From: Isurus oxyrinchus
Lineage: Eukaryota
Length of the DNA stretch: 64,000 nt
Direction: 5' to 3'
Assembly: GCA_026770705.1 (NCBI GenBank)
Contig: JANJGN010000150.1
Span: 434,001 to 498,000, forward strand
Part shown: piece after piece, positions 48,701-58,667 of the stretch
How the letters are laid out: every line of letters starts with the position of its first letter
How positions within the stretch are numbered: the stretch's first letter is position 1
The notes under the pieces: model-generated
Seen by the model: only the letters and a program-made list of their open reading frames with translations
What the model was told of the DNA's origin: nothing
The model's database searches: none
Program-made: the position numbers and the translations under genes

Positions 48701-50366
48701 ATATCAATCTAAATGAGACATTTATTAATTTTCACAAGTTAAACATATGCACATGGCTACAAACTAGTATTATCATAACTTTATAACAAATTCTCAAACT
48801 AATCTCCTCCAAGACAACCCATAGACTTTAAGCAGACACTAGGCAAAGCATTTTCACCTCACAAATTCCAAATGAGGTTCCTTTCACTTTGGTTCCTTTG
48901 CAGACAGGTGAAGTATTACAGCTGCTTTGATGTTACAAGCCTCTGCTCTGCACACACAAAACTGCTCAAGTTATACCCAGCTCTTGAGTGTGAAGAAGAT
49001 GGAGATTGATGGGCTCTTGATTGGTCAGGGGATCAATGGTTAGGAGAGAAGGTGGGAGAATGGGGTTTGTGAAACATATCACCCATGTATGAATGGTGGA
49101 GCAGACTCGATGGACCGAATGGTCTAATTTCTCATCCTATGTCTTATGGTCTTATGGCTTCTGTTTGAAGGTAAATTCGCAATGTATCATCAGGACCTTT
49201 GAACTCCATCTCTTCCAATAATAAATCCCCTTTCATCGTATCAATTTTATTAGTAATATAAACGTTGATTGGTTTAAGATTTCACTCTCAGACTTTGAAT
49301 GTTTTATTTAAAAATGCAAATTACCACTTTACCTCTTTGTTTGCATCTCAAAACTACTATACATCAAAGCACACAGACTGGCTGTCTTTAATCCAATTTA
49401 AATACACACAGACACACACACAGACTAAACCTCTGTTTAAAAAGACAGTTTGCATTTATAATACAAACATTAATAGATTAATAACACTCTGTCTCTGTCC
49501 CTTCATCTCTATCTCTCTCTCTCATCCTCTCTCTCTGATTACAAGGTTCATGTTATTGAGCCTCACACCAGGCACCTGAGTGCAGAATCCAAGCCGTCAC
49601 TCACCAGAGCCATTACCGAGGGAGTGCGGGACTGACAGCGGGTCAGTACTGAAGGAGTGCTGCACTGTCGGAGGGTCAGTACTGAGGGAGTGCTGCACTG
49701 TCAGAGGGTCAGTACTGAGGGAGTGCTGCACTGTTGGAGGGTCAGTACTGAGGGAGTGCTGCACTGACAGAGGGTCAGTACTAAGGGAGCGCTGTATTGT
49801 CGGAGGGTCAGCACTGAGGGAGTGCTGCACTGTTGGAGGGTCAGTACTGAGGGAGTGCTGCACTGACAGAGGGTCAGTACTGAGGGAGTGCTGCACTGTC
49901 GATGGGTCAGTACTGAGGGAGCGCTGTATTGTCGGAGGGTCAGCACTGAGGGAGTGCTGCACTGTTGGAGGGTCAGTACTGAGGGAGTGCTGCACTGCCA
50001 TAGGTGGTGCCTTTTATCCGATAGGAGACAGAGAATTAAACAAGTCTGCACAATAATTTAACCCTATCAGTGCCAGTAATTGATGTGAGGATGTCTTCTG
50101 TTTCCATTTCTCTGTAGGGTAAACAGAACGTGCTGATTACTGAGCCCCGGGACACAACCAGAGACACAACTAGTGAGGGGGAGACCCCAGCTCCCCGGGA
50201 TCTCTCTGAAGGTCCAGTAGGAGGCGATGTTGGACATGGGAATCCTGACAAACCCGACGAGATTCTCTACGCCAACATCAACTTTTCAAAGCTGCCCAGC
50301 GGTGACAGGACTGTGCACAGGAGCGAGGACACGGAATACGCACAGATCAGGTTCCAGAAAAACTGA
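24975..50366 (+). CDS. Gene B: putative inhibitory Siglec-like receptor with 7 Ig domains (V-V-C2x5), TM, ITIM+ITSM; 881 aa with either cytoplasmic cassette
   Basis: join(24975..25014,29433..29810,33154..33522,34335..34631,39400..39681,40585..40866,42736..43011,43968..44261,45182..45278, then 46002..46083+46937..47185 or 48337..48418+50118..50366). Phases are all compatible and the total is 2646 nt with no internal stop. Confidence 0.82.
26500..28400 (-). mobile_element. Degenerate Gypsy-type LTR retrotransposon 5' part (LTR, PBS-like site, gag)
   Basis: gag-like MSTKFPSLNWDVADRLSEFRMFKQRTELWF (27363-27578), a Cys/His knuckle-like remnant near 26900-27000, and minus-strand ...CAACA-TGGTGATCAGCGG near 28190. 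Confidence 0.6.
29433..29810 (+). CDS. Gene B V-set exon V3 (essential Arg replaced by Thr)
   Basis: 378 nt open. DAGPYFFTIKF with ACG at 29747-29749. Longer, basic C-C' loop KMRSYIRNKWSKWST. Confidence 0.9.
30030..31000 (+). mobile_element. L2-like LINE reverse transcriptase fragment
   Basis: RPISSLSFPSKVLER...ETAPIKV...LVLLDLSAAFDTLDH...DPQLYL...LQLNIGKTE. Confidence 0.88.
31055..32192. repeat. 37-bp minisatellite at the L2 3' end (CCCTCCCTATCTC(AGGA/TGTA)xCCTCCTCCAGTCCCTACAA)
   Basis: Period of 37 counted (31091 to 31128); homogeneous to ~31400, then degenerate. Confidence 0.9.
32270..33040 (-). mobile_element. CR1-like LINE 3' fragment
   Basis: FPLVGESRTR...FKTEMRRNF; QRDLGVLVHESQK; GMLAFIAKG. 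Confidence 0.88.
33154..33522 (+). CDS. Gene B V-set exon V4 (essential Arg present, extra Cys)
   Basis: 369 nt open; DAGPYFFRIE; extra TGT at 33252-33254 (YPSCLEN). Confidence 0.93.
34335..34631 (+). CDS. Gene B C2-set exon (CD33-type)
   Basis: 297 nt, AG/GTAAGT; paralog of 11156-11452. Confidence 0.92.
35010..37060 (-). mobile_element. CR1-like LINE, degenerate ORF2 3' portion
   Basis: ORFs 35403-35684 (KANGMLAFIARG) and 36567-37016 (KSFYKYVKR...AEELNIYFGSVFT). Confidence 0.88.
37180..38200 (+). mobile_element. Gypsy-type integrase fragment
   Basis: LTMMDMTTRFPETIPL...FFTHYGL...IQSDQGS (DDE core); downstream AYHP, RFSGP and HINMLK remnants. Confidence 0.82.
38262..38725. other. N-run (masked or unresolved), following a (CA)n tract
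   Basis: Ns seen directly; similar runs at 56842-57028, 57246-57464 and 61045-61313. Confidence 0.95.
38880..39129. mobile_element. Short Penelope-derived insertion forming a 100-bp-arm inverted repeat, with a 13-bp TSD
   Basis: 38880-38979 is the reverse complement of 38982-39081 with one mismatch. AATATAATTCATT occurs at 38867-38879 and 39130-39142. Confidence 0.85.
39400..39681 (+). CDS. Gene B Ig (C2/I-type) exon
   Basis: APQNLSI...IEGNSAEIICSVESFPASNLTW...DTGDYQCVAENEHG; 282 nt, AG/GTGAGT. Confidence 0.92.
40585..40866 (+). CDS. Gene B Ig exon, tandem duplicate of 39400-39681
   Basis: 282 nt, AG/GTGAGT; only about 5 amino acid differences. Confidence 0.9.
40900..41190 (-). mobile_element. 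RTE-clade LINE 3' fragment
   Basis: MLRISWMDRKTNEWL...RERK..YG...IEG is typical of the RTE RT C-terminus. Confidence 0.65.
41190..42405 (-). mobile_element. Penelope-like element 3' portion with GIY-YIG endonuclease
   Basis: ORF 41711-42040 NLIYCIHCSQCGLLYIGDTKHRLGDRSDEH...VACHFN...RKLEEQHLIF...LNIE; upstream RVPPVFTFHP; terminal hammerhead-like remnant at 41225-41260. Confidence 0.88.
42736..43011 (+). CDS. Gene B C2-set exon (CD22-like)
   Basis: PPQETMVSI...IREGSNITLTCSSESVPPISHYTWF...DAGFYCTARNPMG; 276 nt, AG/GTAAGC. Confidence 0.92.
43130..43900 (-). mobile_element. L2-like 3' fragments with an internal 37-bp minisatellite (~43360-43660)
   Basis: Reverse complement of the 31055-32192 unit; ELHWLPVRQ...FKI motif. 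Confidence 0.75.
43968..44261 (+). CDS. Gene B membrane-proximal Ig exon (MAG domain-5-like)
   Basis: KPEISQQSECTRRSEGVTCVCVANSNPP...VTGSLTL...CSVQNPHG has the S-x-C...C-x-C...SNP pattern of the last Ig domain of MAG and CD33-related Siglecs; 294 nt. Confidence 0.9.
44632..44757. repeat. 37-bp AT-rich tandem repeat (~3.4 copies)
   Basis: CATAGATTACATTGATAAATATTATATATAAATGTTA. Confidence 0.9.
45182..45278 (+). CDS. Gene B transmembrane exon (RDSSKWTVGLFTAGIMLSVFLAGIFIFICVRK), uncharged
   Basis: TTTTTACAG acceptor, phase 1; AA|GTAAGT donor, phase 2. Confidence 0.9.
45400..45870 (-). mobile_element. LINE 3' fragment (same family as 50561-52660), duplicated at 47735-48205
   Basis: Reverse complement of the 52230-52620 region. 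Confidence 0.8.
46002..46083 (+). CDS. Gene B cytoplasmic exon 1a (RKTAMEERVSGTSDIALTPSPLSVKHQ)
   Basis: Phase 2 in, phase 0 out; AG/GT. Confidence 0.82.
46937..47185 (+). CDS. Gene B terminal exon 2a: degenerate ITIM (FLYANP) plus ITSM (TEYAQI)
   Basis: CTGTAG acceptor, 249 nt to TGA; AATAAA at 47714-47719. Confidence 0.82.
   Translation, partial: GKQNVLITEPRNTTRDTTSEGETPAPRGPSEGAVGGDAGLGNPGKPEEFLYANPQVLRVSSGDGSVHREEETEYAQIRFEHN
48337..48418 (+). CDS. Gene B cytoplasmic exon 1b (duplicate of 1a)
   Basis: Identical peptide, AG/GT intact. Confidence 0.8.
48554..49487 (-). mobile_element. Solo-LTR-like element (TGTTATGAC...AATAACA); truncated copy at ~46220-46530
   Basis: TG...CA ends; reverse-oriented relative of 50658-51619 and 57492-58667. 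Confidence 0.6.
49615..49998. repeat. 33-bp satellite array in reverse orientation
   Basis: TCAGTACTGAGGGAGTGCTGCACTG units; a shorter paralogous array lies at ~46675-46790. Confidence 0.92.
50118..50366 (+). CDS. Gene B terminal exon 2b: canonical ITIM (ILYANI) plus ITSM (TEYAQI)
   Basis: DEILYANINF...DTEYAQIRF matches the ELHYASLNF...TEYSEVR pattern of CD33-related Siglecs. Confidence 0.9.
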   Translation, partial: GKQNVLITEPRDTTRDTTSEGETPAPRDLSEGPVGGDVGHGNPDKPDEILYANINFSKLPSGDRTVHRSEDTEYAQIRFQKN

Positions 50367-50560
50367 GTGTGAAACAGGGAGCGGGGCTGTGGGGTGTGTG
50401 CAGCCAACATGGCCAAATAGTAATGAACAGAAATATGATGTTGCTCAACTTTTTTTTATTAGTTCTGAGTGAGCTTTCTGAATGCTGCACCTTTTTCCAT
50501 GCTGTAAAAGATTGTGAGAAGCTTATGAATTATGTATAATGTTACATCTGTTAATACAAG

Positions 50561-52660
50561 GTGAGGTGAGAGTGACTGCCTTTGACATCAAGGCTGCATT
50601 TGACCGAGTGTGGCATCTAGGAGCCCGAGTAAAACTGGAGTCAATGGGAATCAGGGGTGGTACGAAAGTATAATAATTTGCTTAATATTTTCCTGGTTTG
50701 TTGTAAACTAGGTTTATGGGTGTGAGTGTAGATGGGTCTGTCTGTGTGGTTTAATTACATCTGGAGTCAGGTAGACTGCAAGTTTGAGATTATCAAAAGA
50801 AGCTAGATGTAGAAATGTACTTGAAATGCTAATGAGAACACATGGAGGCTGACTTAGCATGTAAGGTGTGAGGGGAATTTGCATTTTTAGATAAGTGACG
50901 GGATTGTTTGGATTTCAAAGGGCTGTTGGTCTGTTTACAACGAGGCCGATATGCAAGGCAAAGGAGTGTGTTTATTTTTCCCAAAGGTTATTGACAACAT
51001 TGGCAACATGAAAGTTTTTATATTATGGGAAATGTATCATTCCAAAGACATATGGAACAATGAAATTTACATATCAAAGAGAGAGGAACATAAACAAAGG
51101 AGAATGAAAGGCTATTTTGGGGACCATGTAAAATCTAACAAGAGTGTGTGAATCAGCCTTGAAGAAGCCTCCAGGCATTTCTCCATAGGTCTGTTATGTT
51201 CAGTGACTATAGATTGAGAAAGCCATTTGGAATTCCACTCTCAAGTGTGTTCTGTGTTAACTTGCTGGTTTTGTTTTTAAATCTAAAATCTATTTTGGAC
51301 TGTTGCCTTAAATGGGGTTGTACTACTCATCTCCAGACTTCCCAATGCCTGTCCACCATCTTTAAGGTTAATTAGGAAGTTTAGGATTTGTTATAGTAGT
51401 AACCGTATCCTTATGTGTGTGCTTGAAATCTTGTATTTTGTTAATAAATATTGAAATTTAATTTTTAAGATCTCTAAATGTCTTGGTTGACACATTACTC
51501 CTGAATTCAGTGCACACATCTCATAATAAATACAAATTGCAAAACCGTTGTAATAGTGTGACCAAGTTTCCCTTGTGGATTTTGTCCCCCTGGCACACAT
51601 CATCTACCACATCATAACAGAGGGAAAACTCTCCACTGGTTGGAGCCATACCCAGCACAAAGGAAGATAGTTGTGGATGTTGGAGGTCAATCATCTCAGT
51701 TCCAAGACTTCACTGCAGGAGTTACTCAGAGTAGTGTCCTCGGCCCAACCATCTTCAGCTGCTTCATCAATGACCTTCCTTCCATCATAAGGACAGAAGT
51801 GTGGATGTTCACTGATGATTGCACAATGTTCAGCACCGTTCACGGCTCCTCAGATACTGAAACAGTCCTTGTCCAAATGCAGCAAGACCTGGACAATATC
51901 CAGGCTTGCGCTGACAAGTGTCAGGCAATGACCATCTCCAATAAGAGAGAATCTAACCATCGCCCTTTAATGTTCAATGGCATTACCATTGCTGAATCCC
52001 CCACTATCAACATCCTGGGGATTACCATTGACCAGAAACTGAACTGGACTAGCCATATAAACACTGTGGCTACAAGAGCAGATCAGTGTCTGGGAATCAT
52101 GCAGTGAGTAACTCACTCCAGACTCCCCAAAGCCTGTCCACCACCTTCAAGGCACAGGTCAGGAGTGTGATGGAAGACTCTCCACTTGCCTGGATGAGTG
52201 CAGCTCCAACAAGATTCAGTAAACTCAACACCACTCAGGACAAAGCAGCCCCGCTAGATCCACTCTCTGCACAACCGACACACAGTAGCAGCAGTGTGTA
52301 CCATCTACAAGGTGCACTGCAGGAACTCACCAAGACTCCTTAGGCAGCACCTTCAAACACACAACCACTACCATCTCGAATTACAGGGCAGCAGATACAT
52401 GGTAACAGCACCACCTGGAAGTTACCCTCAGAGTCACTCACCCCCATCCTGACTTGGAAATATACGGCCGTTCCTGCACTGTCACTGGGTCCAAATCCTG
52501 CAATTCCCTCCCTAACAGCACTGTGGGTGTACCTACCCCACATGGACTGCAACAGTTCAAGACGGCAGCTCACTACCACATTCTCAAGGGCTATTAGAGA
52601 TGGGCAATAATTCTGGCCTAGACAGCGCCACCCACATCCCATAAATGAATATAAAAAACA
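50561..52660 (+). mobile_element. 5'-truncated CR1-group (L2/Crack-like) LINE in the gene B 3' region, interrupted by a solo LTR
   Basis: DIKAAFDRVWH at the 5' end; GVTQSSVLGPTIFSCFINDL, FTDDCT, ILGITIDQKLNW. Confidence 0.85.
50658..51619 (+). mobile_element. Solo-LTR-like element nested in the LINE
   Basis: TG...CATAACA ends; LINE sequence resumes colinearly (GGAATCAGGGG | GAGGGAAAACTCTCC); contains AATAAA. Confidence 0.7.
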
Positions 52661-54209
52661 AGCAATTAAAATGCTCAGACATTTCTGTACATTGTTTTTC
52701 AAATGTGAATACCATTCTCTGGTGAATAATTCCATTCTCAAGGCACCATTTCCTGTTATCACATGCCCTTTTCATTATTTACAATCATGTACCTTCATTT
52801 GTAATGTAACATTCCCATGTAAACATGTCACACTGTAGTTACACCCTCCTGCCAGTGGCGATGCTCTAGTGTCATAGTTTTACCTCTCAGAGGCTGGAGG
52901 AAATATGCCCACTGTGTTTACAATATTAGAAACACTCAGGGGTGACCAGGGGATTCTTTAGGTCATGTTTACGATGTTGTTAAGATACAAGGGGCCAGTG
53001 GGATTTTTCCTACTGCGTTTACAATGTTGTTAAGACAGGATTCGGGTGAAAGATGACCTTCAACCCATCATCCCTCTCATGCCGCGAGGGAACAATAGCC
53101 TTAAGTCAGGGCCTGGCAGTTTGTGGGAACAGTCCCTGTGCCTGATTGGATAGGCTCAAAGTGAACCCAATGTTGGGTCTTGAGCCTCAAGATCCTGGAA
53201 CAGGCACAGAGTGGACACCTCGGATGGATGTCAAAAACCCCATGGACACTTTTTGGGTGAAGTGTAGGGGGTGGGTATGGAGTCGGGTGGGGCAGTTATC
53301 CCCAGTGTCCTGGGACCAATATTTATCCCTAAACCAACATCATTAAAAAAAAACAGATGTTCTGGGTCTGTATCTCACTGCTGTTTGTGGGATCCTGCTG
53401 TGCAGAAATTGTCTGCCATGTTTCCTACTGTTCCACAGCATCCACTGTTCAAAACCATTTCTCAGGGAATGAAGGACTATCTGTGAAGTGCAGATCCCCG
53501 TTGTAATGTAGGAAACACCACAGTCAATTTGCGCACAGCAAGCTCCCACAAACAGCAATGTGAGAATGAGCCAGACCATCTGTTTTTAGGGTGTTAGTTG
53601 GGGGTAAATATTGGCCCCAGGTGGAGCTCTGCAATCTGCCCCAGCAAGGGTATGAAGAATGTGCTGCCTGCTCCTCTGTCCGTTTGGAAGATTCTGGAAG
53701 GGATGAGGATGAGGAAGCGGCCAATGACAGAGCAGCTGGGGGGCGTGGCCATGTAGCCAGGGCTGCCCCTGTGTGGGGCGGGGTCATCGCCAGACGCTCC
53801 TTGTGTAAAAACAGATTCTCATAAGCTCCTCCCATCTCCCAATTGCTCTCAGCCAATCCCTGGTGAGACCCTCCCACATAAAGAAGCTCGTCCATTGTCC
53901 CCACCATGACTCAAGGGACTGCCCCTCCCCCACAGGGACTTCACCATTGATGGGAAAGCCCATGATGGGCCGAACGTTCCAGGCTCAGGTAACAGGCGGA
54001 CAGAGTTTACAGTCGGACACTCGCCTGACAAGACGACGACGTCTCCCCCGAGGCACAGGGTCTTCACCATTGACCACCCACCTCTCAAATGGGCCTTTCT
54101 GAAGGCCCCGCTTTTTATCGGTGCCTGAGGGACCCGACCCCCACCGGGCCCTCCCCTGACCCCTCACCGCTCCGGGGTCACCCAGTCGGACTGCTATTCT
54201 AGACCACAT

Positions 54210-55030
54210 CACCCCCTCCCCACCCCCACAACCAACCCCACCCCCACACCCCCACCCCCACCACCCCCCTCCCCCATACCCCCACCCCCTCCACCTCACC
54301 CACCCCCACGCCCACCACCCACACCCCACCCCCACCCCCACACCCCACCCCCACCCCCACACCCCCACGCCCACCCCCACGCCCAGCACCCACACCCTCC
54401 CCCACCACCACCCCACCAGCTCCCCCACACCCACCCCCAAACCCACCCCCTCCCCCACCCCCACCACCACCTCCAAACCCTCCCCCTCCCCCACCCTCAC
54501 CACTCCCTCCCCCACCCCCACCCCCCCCAACCCCACACCCTACCCCTCCCCAACCCCACACCCCCACCCCCACACCCACCCCCACATGCACCCCCACCAC
54601 CCCCACCACCCCCTCCCCCACCCACACCCCCAACATCCCCACCCCCACCGCACCCCCACCCCCACCACCCCCACCACCACCCCCTCCCCTGCCCCCACCC
54701 CCACCGCCCCCACCCACACCCACACCCCATCACCACCCCCACCCCCTCCCCCACCCCTACCACCTCCACCCCCACCATCACCCATGCTACCACCCCCACA
54801 ACCCCCACCCCCACCCCCACCACCCCCACCCCCACCCCCAGCCCCACCCACACTCCCACCGACACCCACATCCAGACCCCCACCCTCTTCCCCACCTCCA
54901 CCCCCACCATCCACACCCCCACCCCCACCACCATGTCCGACCAACCCACCCCCCTCCCCAACCATCCCTACCACCCCCCTCCCCCACCCCCACCACCATG
55001 ACCGACCCACCCACAGCCCCCGACCCCTGG
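54210..55030. repeat. C-rich low-complexity tract (CCCCCA-like), G-rich on the minus strand
   Basis: Seen directly; generates the poly-Pro and poly-Gly ORFs. Confidence 0.95.
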
Positions 55031-55689
55031 ACCACACATCGGAATCTGGGACTGACATGTTTAGAGGTCGAGTTGGCGGAGCCGGGAATTCTGCCGTCTC
55101 TGTGACCCCCAACCCGGGAGTGAAAATCCGTCCTTAACTTCCACTTTCTAGTGTCTGAGACAAGAGGCAATGAGTGAGTGGGCTGACGGTCAGGATTAAT
55201 GCTGTTAATCTGTGTTTGAGGGGCTGTGAATTCTCGGGGGACTAGTTACTCTCTGAGCTGCAGCTTCCAAATCCTTATTTGATGCCGTGCATGTGGGGTT
55301 GGAAGATTTTTTTTAAAACCACAGGCAGTTCACAGAAACCCACAGGAAACCCACAGAGAGACAGTCACTGAGAAACACACTCACTCCTTGTGGTTTCACC
55401 TTTTAACCACATCCTGTCTGTGTGGCTTAAATGTTAAACACACCGGCCACACTCAGGGAAGTTTCACTCTGTGAAATGCTCTCTCTCTCACACAAAAACA
55501 CACACACAGACACACACACACACACATACAGACAGACACACATACACACAGGCACACTCACACTCACACACATAGACATGCACACACACATACACAAACA
55601 AACACACTCACATTCACACACAAACACACTCACTCACACACTCACTCACACGCATGTACAAACACACACACAAAGATAATATCCCAACG

Positions 55690-56540
55690 ACAGCAAACTG
55701 CGATTAAGAGCTTCCTACAACTTAGCTAACAGACCAAAGATGTATTGAACCGTCTAAAAGTGACCTATTTTTAAAAGAAATACAAGATTGTGCACAGGTG
55801 AAAAATGGCTGACACAAGTGATCTGATTGCTGATACTGTGAAGTTGATCACTTCTCTGGAAAAGTTCAAATGAATTGCACTTCAGTCCTGTTGCATGGAA
55901 ATTCACGCCTGCGGTGTGTCAGGGTCCACTTCAAACAGGGACACTCTTCAAAGGAAGGTATTAAAATGCAAAGTGCTGGACTTTGATCAGCTGTAGTTCT
56001 GTCAAAACATTGGGAACTGCTCACCAAGCGGATAATCATCAGCCATTCAAAACCCCCTGTGGAGGATGCAATACCCCCATCTCCTGTTGATTTATATCTT
56101 GAAATGCATCAAATGTTTTGGAGATGCAAAGATAAAAAATGGGAATACTTGGACTATAACAATGAATGTAAAACATGCTGATCGAATTCCCTCTCAGGAA
56201 TATACAGACAGAAGTTTAACAAATGGTTCTGCCAAGCAGATATAAGAGAAAGGAGGGGAAAAAGAAATATGGCAGTCATCTAAAAACCCTGCTAGAAAAG
56301 AACAGAAATGATTTTTCCTTCTCTCTCTCTCTCTCTGTCTCTCTTTCGCTTTCTCTCTCTCTCTGTCTGAAGCTAACAGAATGTCTTCAAACACATCCAA
56401 GTCTGAGCTAGATGAACTACAGGATTCTAGAGCAAACCAACTAATTTAAAACAGCTTCAACATTCACAACCGACACCACAAAGACAAGCAAACAATTTAA
56501 TCATATCCTCTTTTAAATTTTTATTGCACTCTATAATTAT
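55690..56540 (+). repeat. ~850-bp dispersed direct repeat; second copy at ~57466-57490 plus 58668-59460
   Basis: Colinear similarity from GAGCTTCC..CAACTTAGC through TTTTAAATTTTTATT; both copies are followed by (TG)n-rich tracts. Confidence 0.8.
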
Positions 56541-57491
56541 ATTACCTCTGATATCTGTCTGTGTTTGTGAGTATGTGTGTGTTTGTGTATGTGTGTGTGT
56601 GTGTGTGCCTTCCTGTGTGAGCGTGTGTGTGTGTGTGTCTGTGCCTGTCTGTGTGTATGAGTAGTGTCTTTGTACTTGTCTGTGTGAGCTTGTGTGTGTG
56701 CATGCATTTGTCTGTGTGTGTGTGAGCCTGTCTGTGTGTGTGTGTGCCTTTGTGTATGACTATGCATTTCTGTGTACCTGTCTGTGAGTGTGTGTGTGTG
56801 TGTGTTTATGTGTGCGTGTGTGCGTTTGTTTGTGTATGCATNNNNNNNNNNNNNNNNNNNNNNNNNNNNNNNNNNNNNNNNNNNNNNNNNNNNNNNNNNN
56901 NNNNNNNNNNNNNNNNNNNNNNNNNNNNNNNNNNNNNNNNNNNNNNNNNNNNNNNNNNNNNNNNNNNNNNNNNNNNNNNNNNNNNNNNNNNNNNNNNNNN
57001 NNNNNNNNNNNNNNNNNNNNNNNNNNNNTGTGTGTGTTTTGTCACAGTTTTATTATTTTTTCTCCAGTTAGGTAACTAATAAAATTACTCTTTCTTTGAC
57101 TCAACCAAACATGGTTTAATTGGTTCACTCTTAACAACCAAAGACACTTGTTTTGGAAATTGCATTTGGGGGAAAATATATTTTAAAACGCTTTTTTGCG
57201 ACCAACCATGGGGTTTGAATAGAAAGGGAGCCAGTTCACTCCCCGNNNNNNNNNNNNNNNNNNNNNNNNNNNNNNNNNNNNNNNNNNNNNNNNNNNNNNN
57301 NNNNNNNNNNNNNNNNNNNNNNNNNNNNNNNNNNNNNNNNNNNNNNNNNNNNNNNNNNNNNNNNNNNNNNNNNNNNNNNNNNNNNNNNNNNNNNNNNNNN
57401 NNNNNNNNNNNNNNNNNNNNNNNNNNNNNNNNNNNNNNNNNNNNNNNNNNNNNNNNNNNNNNNNACAGGAAACTGCGACTGAGTGACAGCA

Positions 57492-58667
57492 TGTCAGGAA
57501 TATATAATAATCTCCATAATGTTATTGGAATTTATTGTAAAATAGAGTCCAGGTCTCTGTGTCCACATGTGTCTGTGATGTGTTTGTGTGAGACTTATTT
57601 GAATTAGAGGAAGCTGGTCCGGGTTTTTTGATGTGAGAAGTTCGTAAACTGTTTATTAGGTAAACATGGGGAAGTTTTAGAATGTGAAGTGTAAAGGAAG
57701 CAATTTGCATTTTAAATTAAACCAAACTAGATTGTTTTCAAAGAAGGAGAGAAATGTGTCACCGAGCCAGGTCAAGATAAGAAACAGTGTGTTTATTTTT
57801 GCCAAAGCTCAGGTAAAAGTTAGGGCTATGAGAGATTTGTATTATTACAAAGATAAAGTCCAAAGACATAGTGAAACAATGGGAATTTGCGTTCAGAGGA
57901 GAAAATATGTATCAAGGAGTGAAGGCTGTGTGTAAGGGTTGGTGTTTTTAAGAACTAGCAACGGTGAAAAGCCTTCAGACTGCATGTACCAAACTGCTGC
58001 CTCCAGGGACTGAAGTTAAGAAAACTCACTTTGAACACTACTATTCAGAGTATCATTTACTTTTCCTGGGACTTTTAAAGTCTCTGTGTTTTACTGCTGC
58101 CTTAACAAAAGTGTAAATGGAAGTTAGATTAATTAAGAGATTTAGAAGTTATTATCGTGGTAATTTATAGACATATGTGAATGCTTAAAAATCATTTTTC
58201 TTGTTAATCAATGTTTAATTTAGTTTTATAAAAACCTCTTGCGCTTCAAAGAAAGGGTGAACTCTATTGTAAAGTGTTCTGGGACATCCAGAGACCATGC
58301 TGTACAGAAGAGATTTGACAGGAGCAGCAAGTGTTTTACTTACAGGAGAATGAGTCCCCAGGGTTGTAGAGTCAATCCTGTCAGATGAATGTCTAACTGG
58401 AGACACTTCAGGGAGCTGATCTAATTCTGGAAATGTTCAGTTTACCAGGATCGGAGGAGAGATGATCTTCCTCTCCTGACTGCATCAGACAAGTGGTGAA
58501 CCTGTTGAGGTGAACAGAATTACCTGTTAAACCTCTTAATCTCATTACTACTGAATTCAAAGCCCACATCTCAAAACATACAAGTTGGAAATTAGTTGTG
58601 TCAGTTGTTTCAAGTTTCCCTCCAGGATTTGAACAGCTCAGCATTTACCATCTGTTATGTCATAACA
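57492..58667 (+). mobile_element. Solo-LTR-like element inserted in the second copy of the 850-bp repeat
   Basis: TGTCAGG...GTCATAACA; internal similarity to 50658-51619; absent from the 55690 copy. Confidence 0.65.

Noticed and set aside
24975-50366. Assigning a gene symbol (CD22, MAG, SIGLEC1, CD33)
   Set aside because: Domain number, TM and tail do not match any one ortholog; phylogeny and synteny are needed.
53985-55170. Poly-Gly and poly-Pro ORFs
   Set aside because: Translation of a low-complexity C-rich tract; open in multiple frames.
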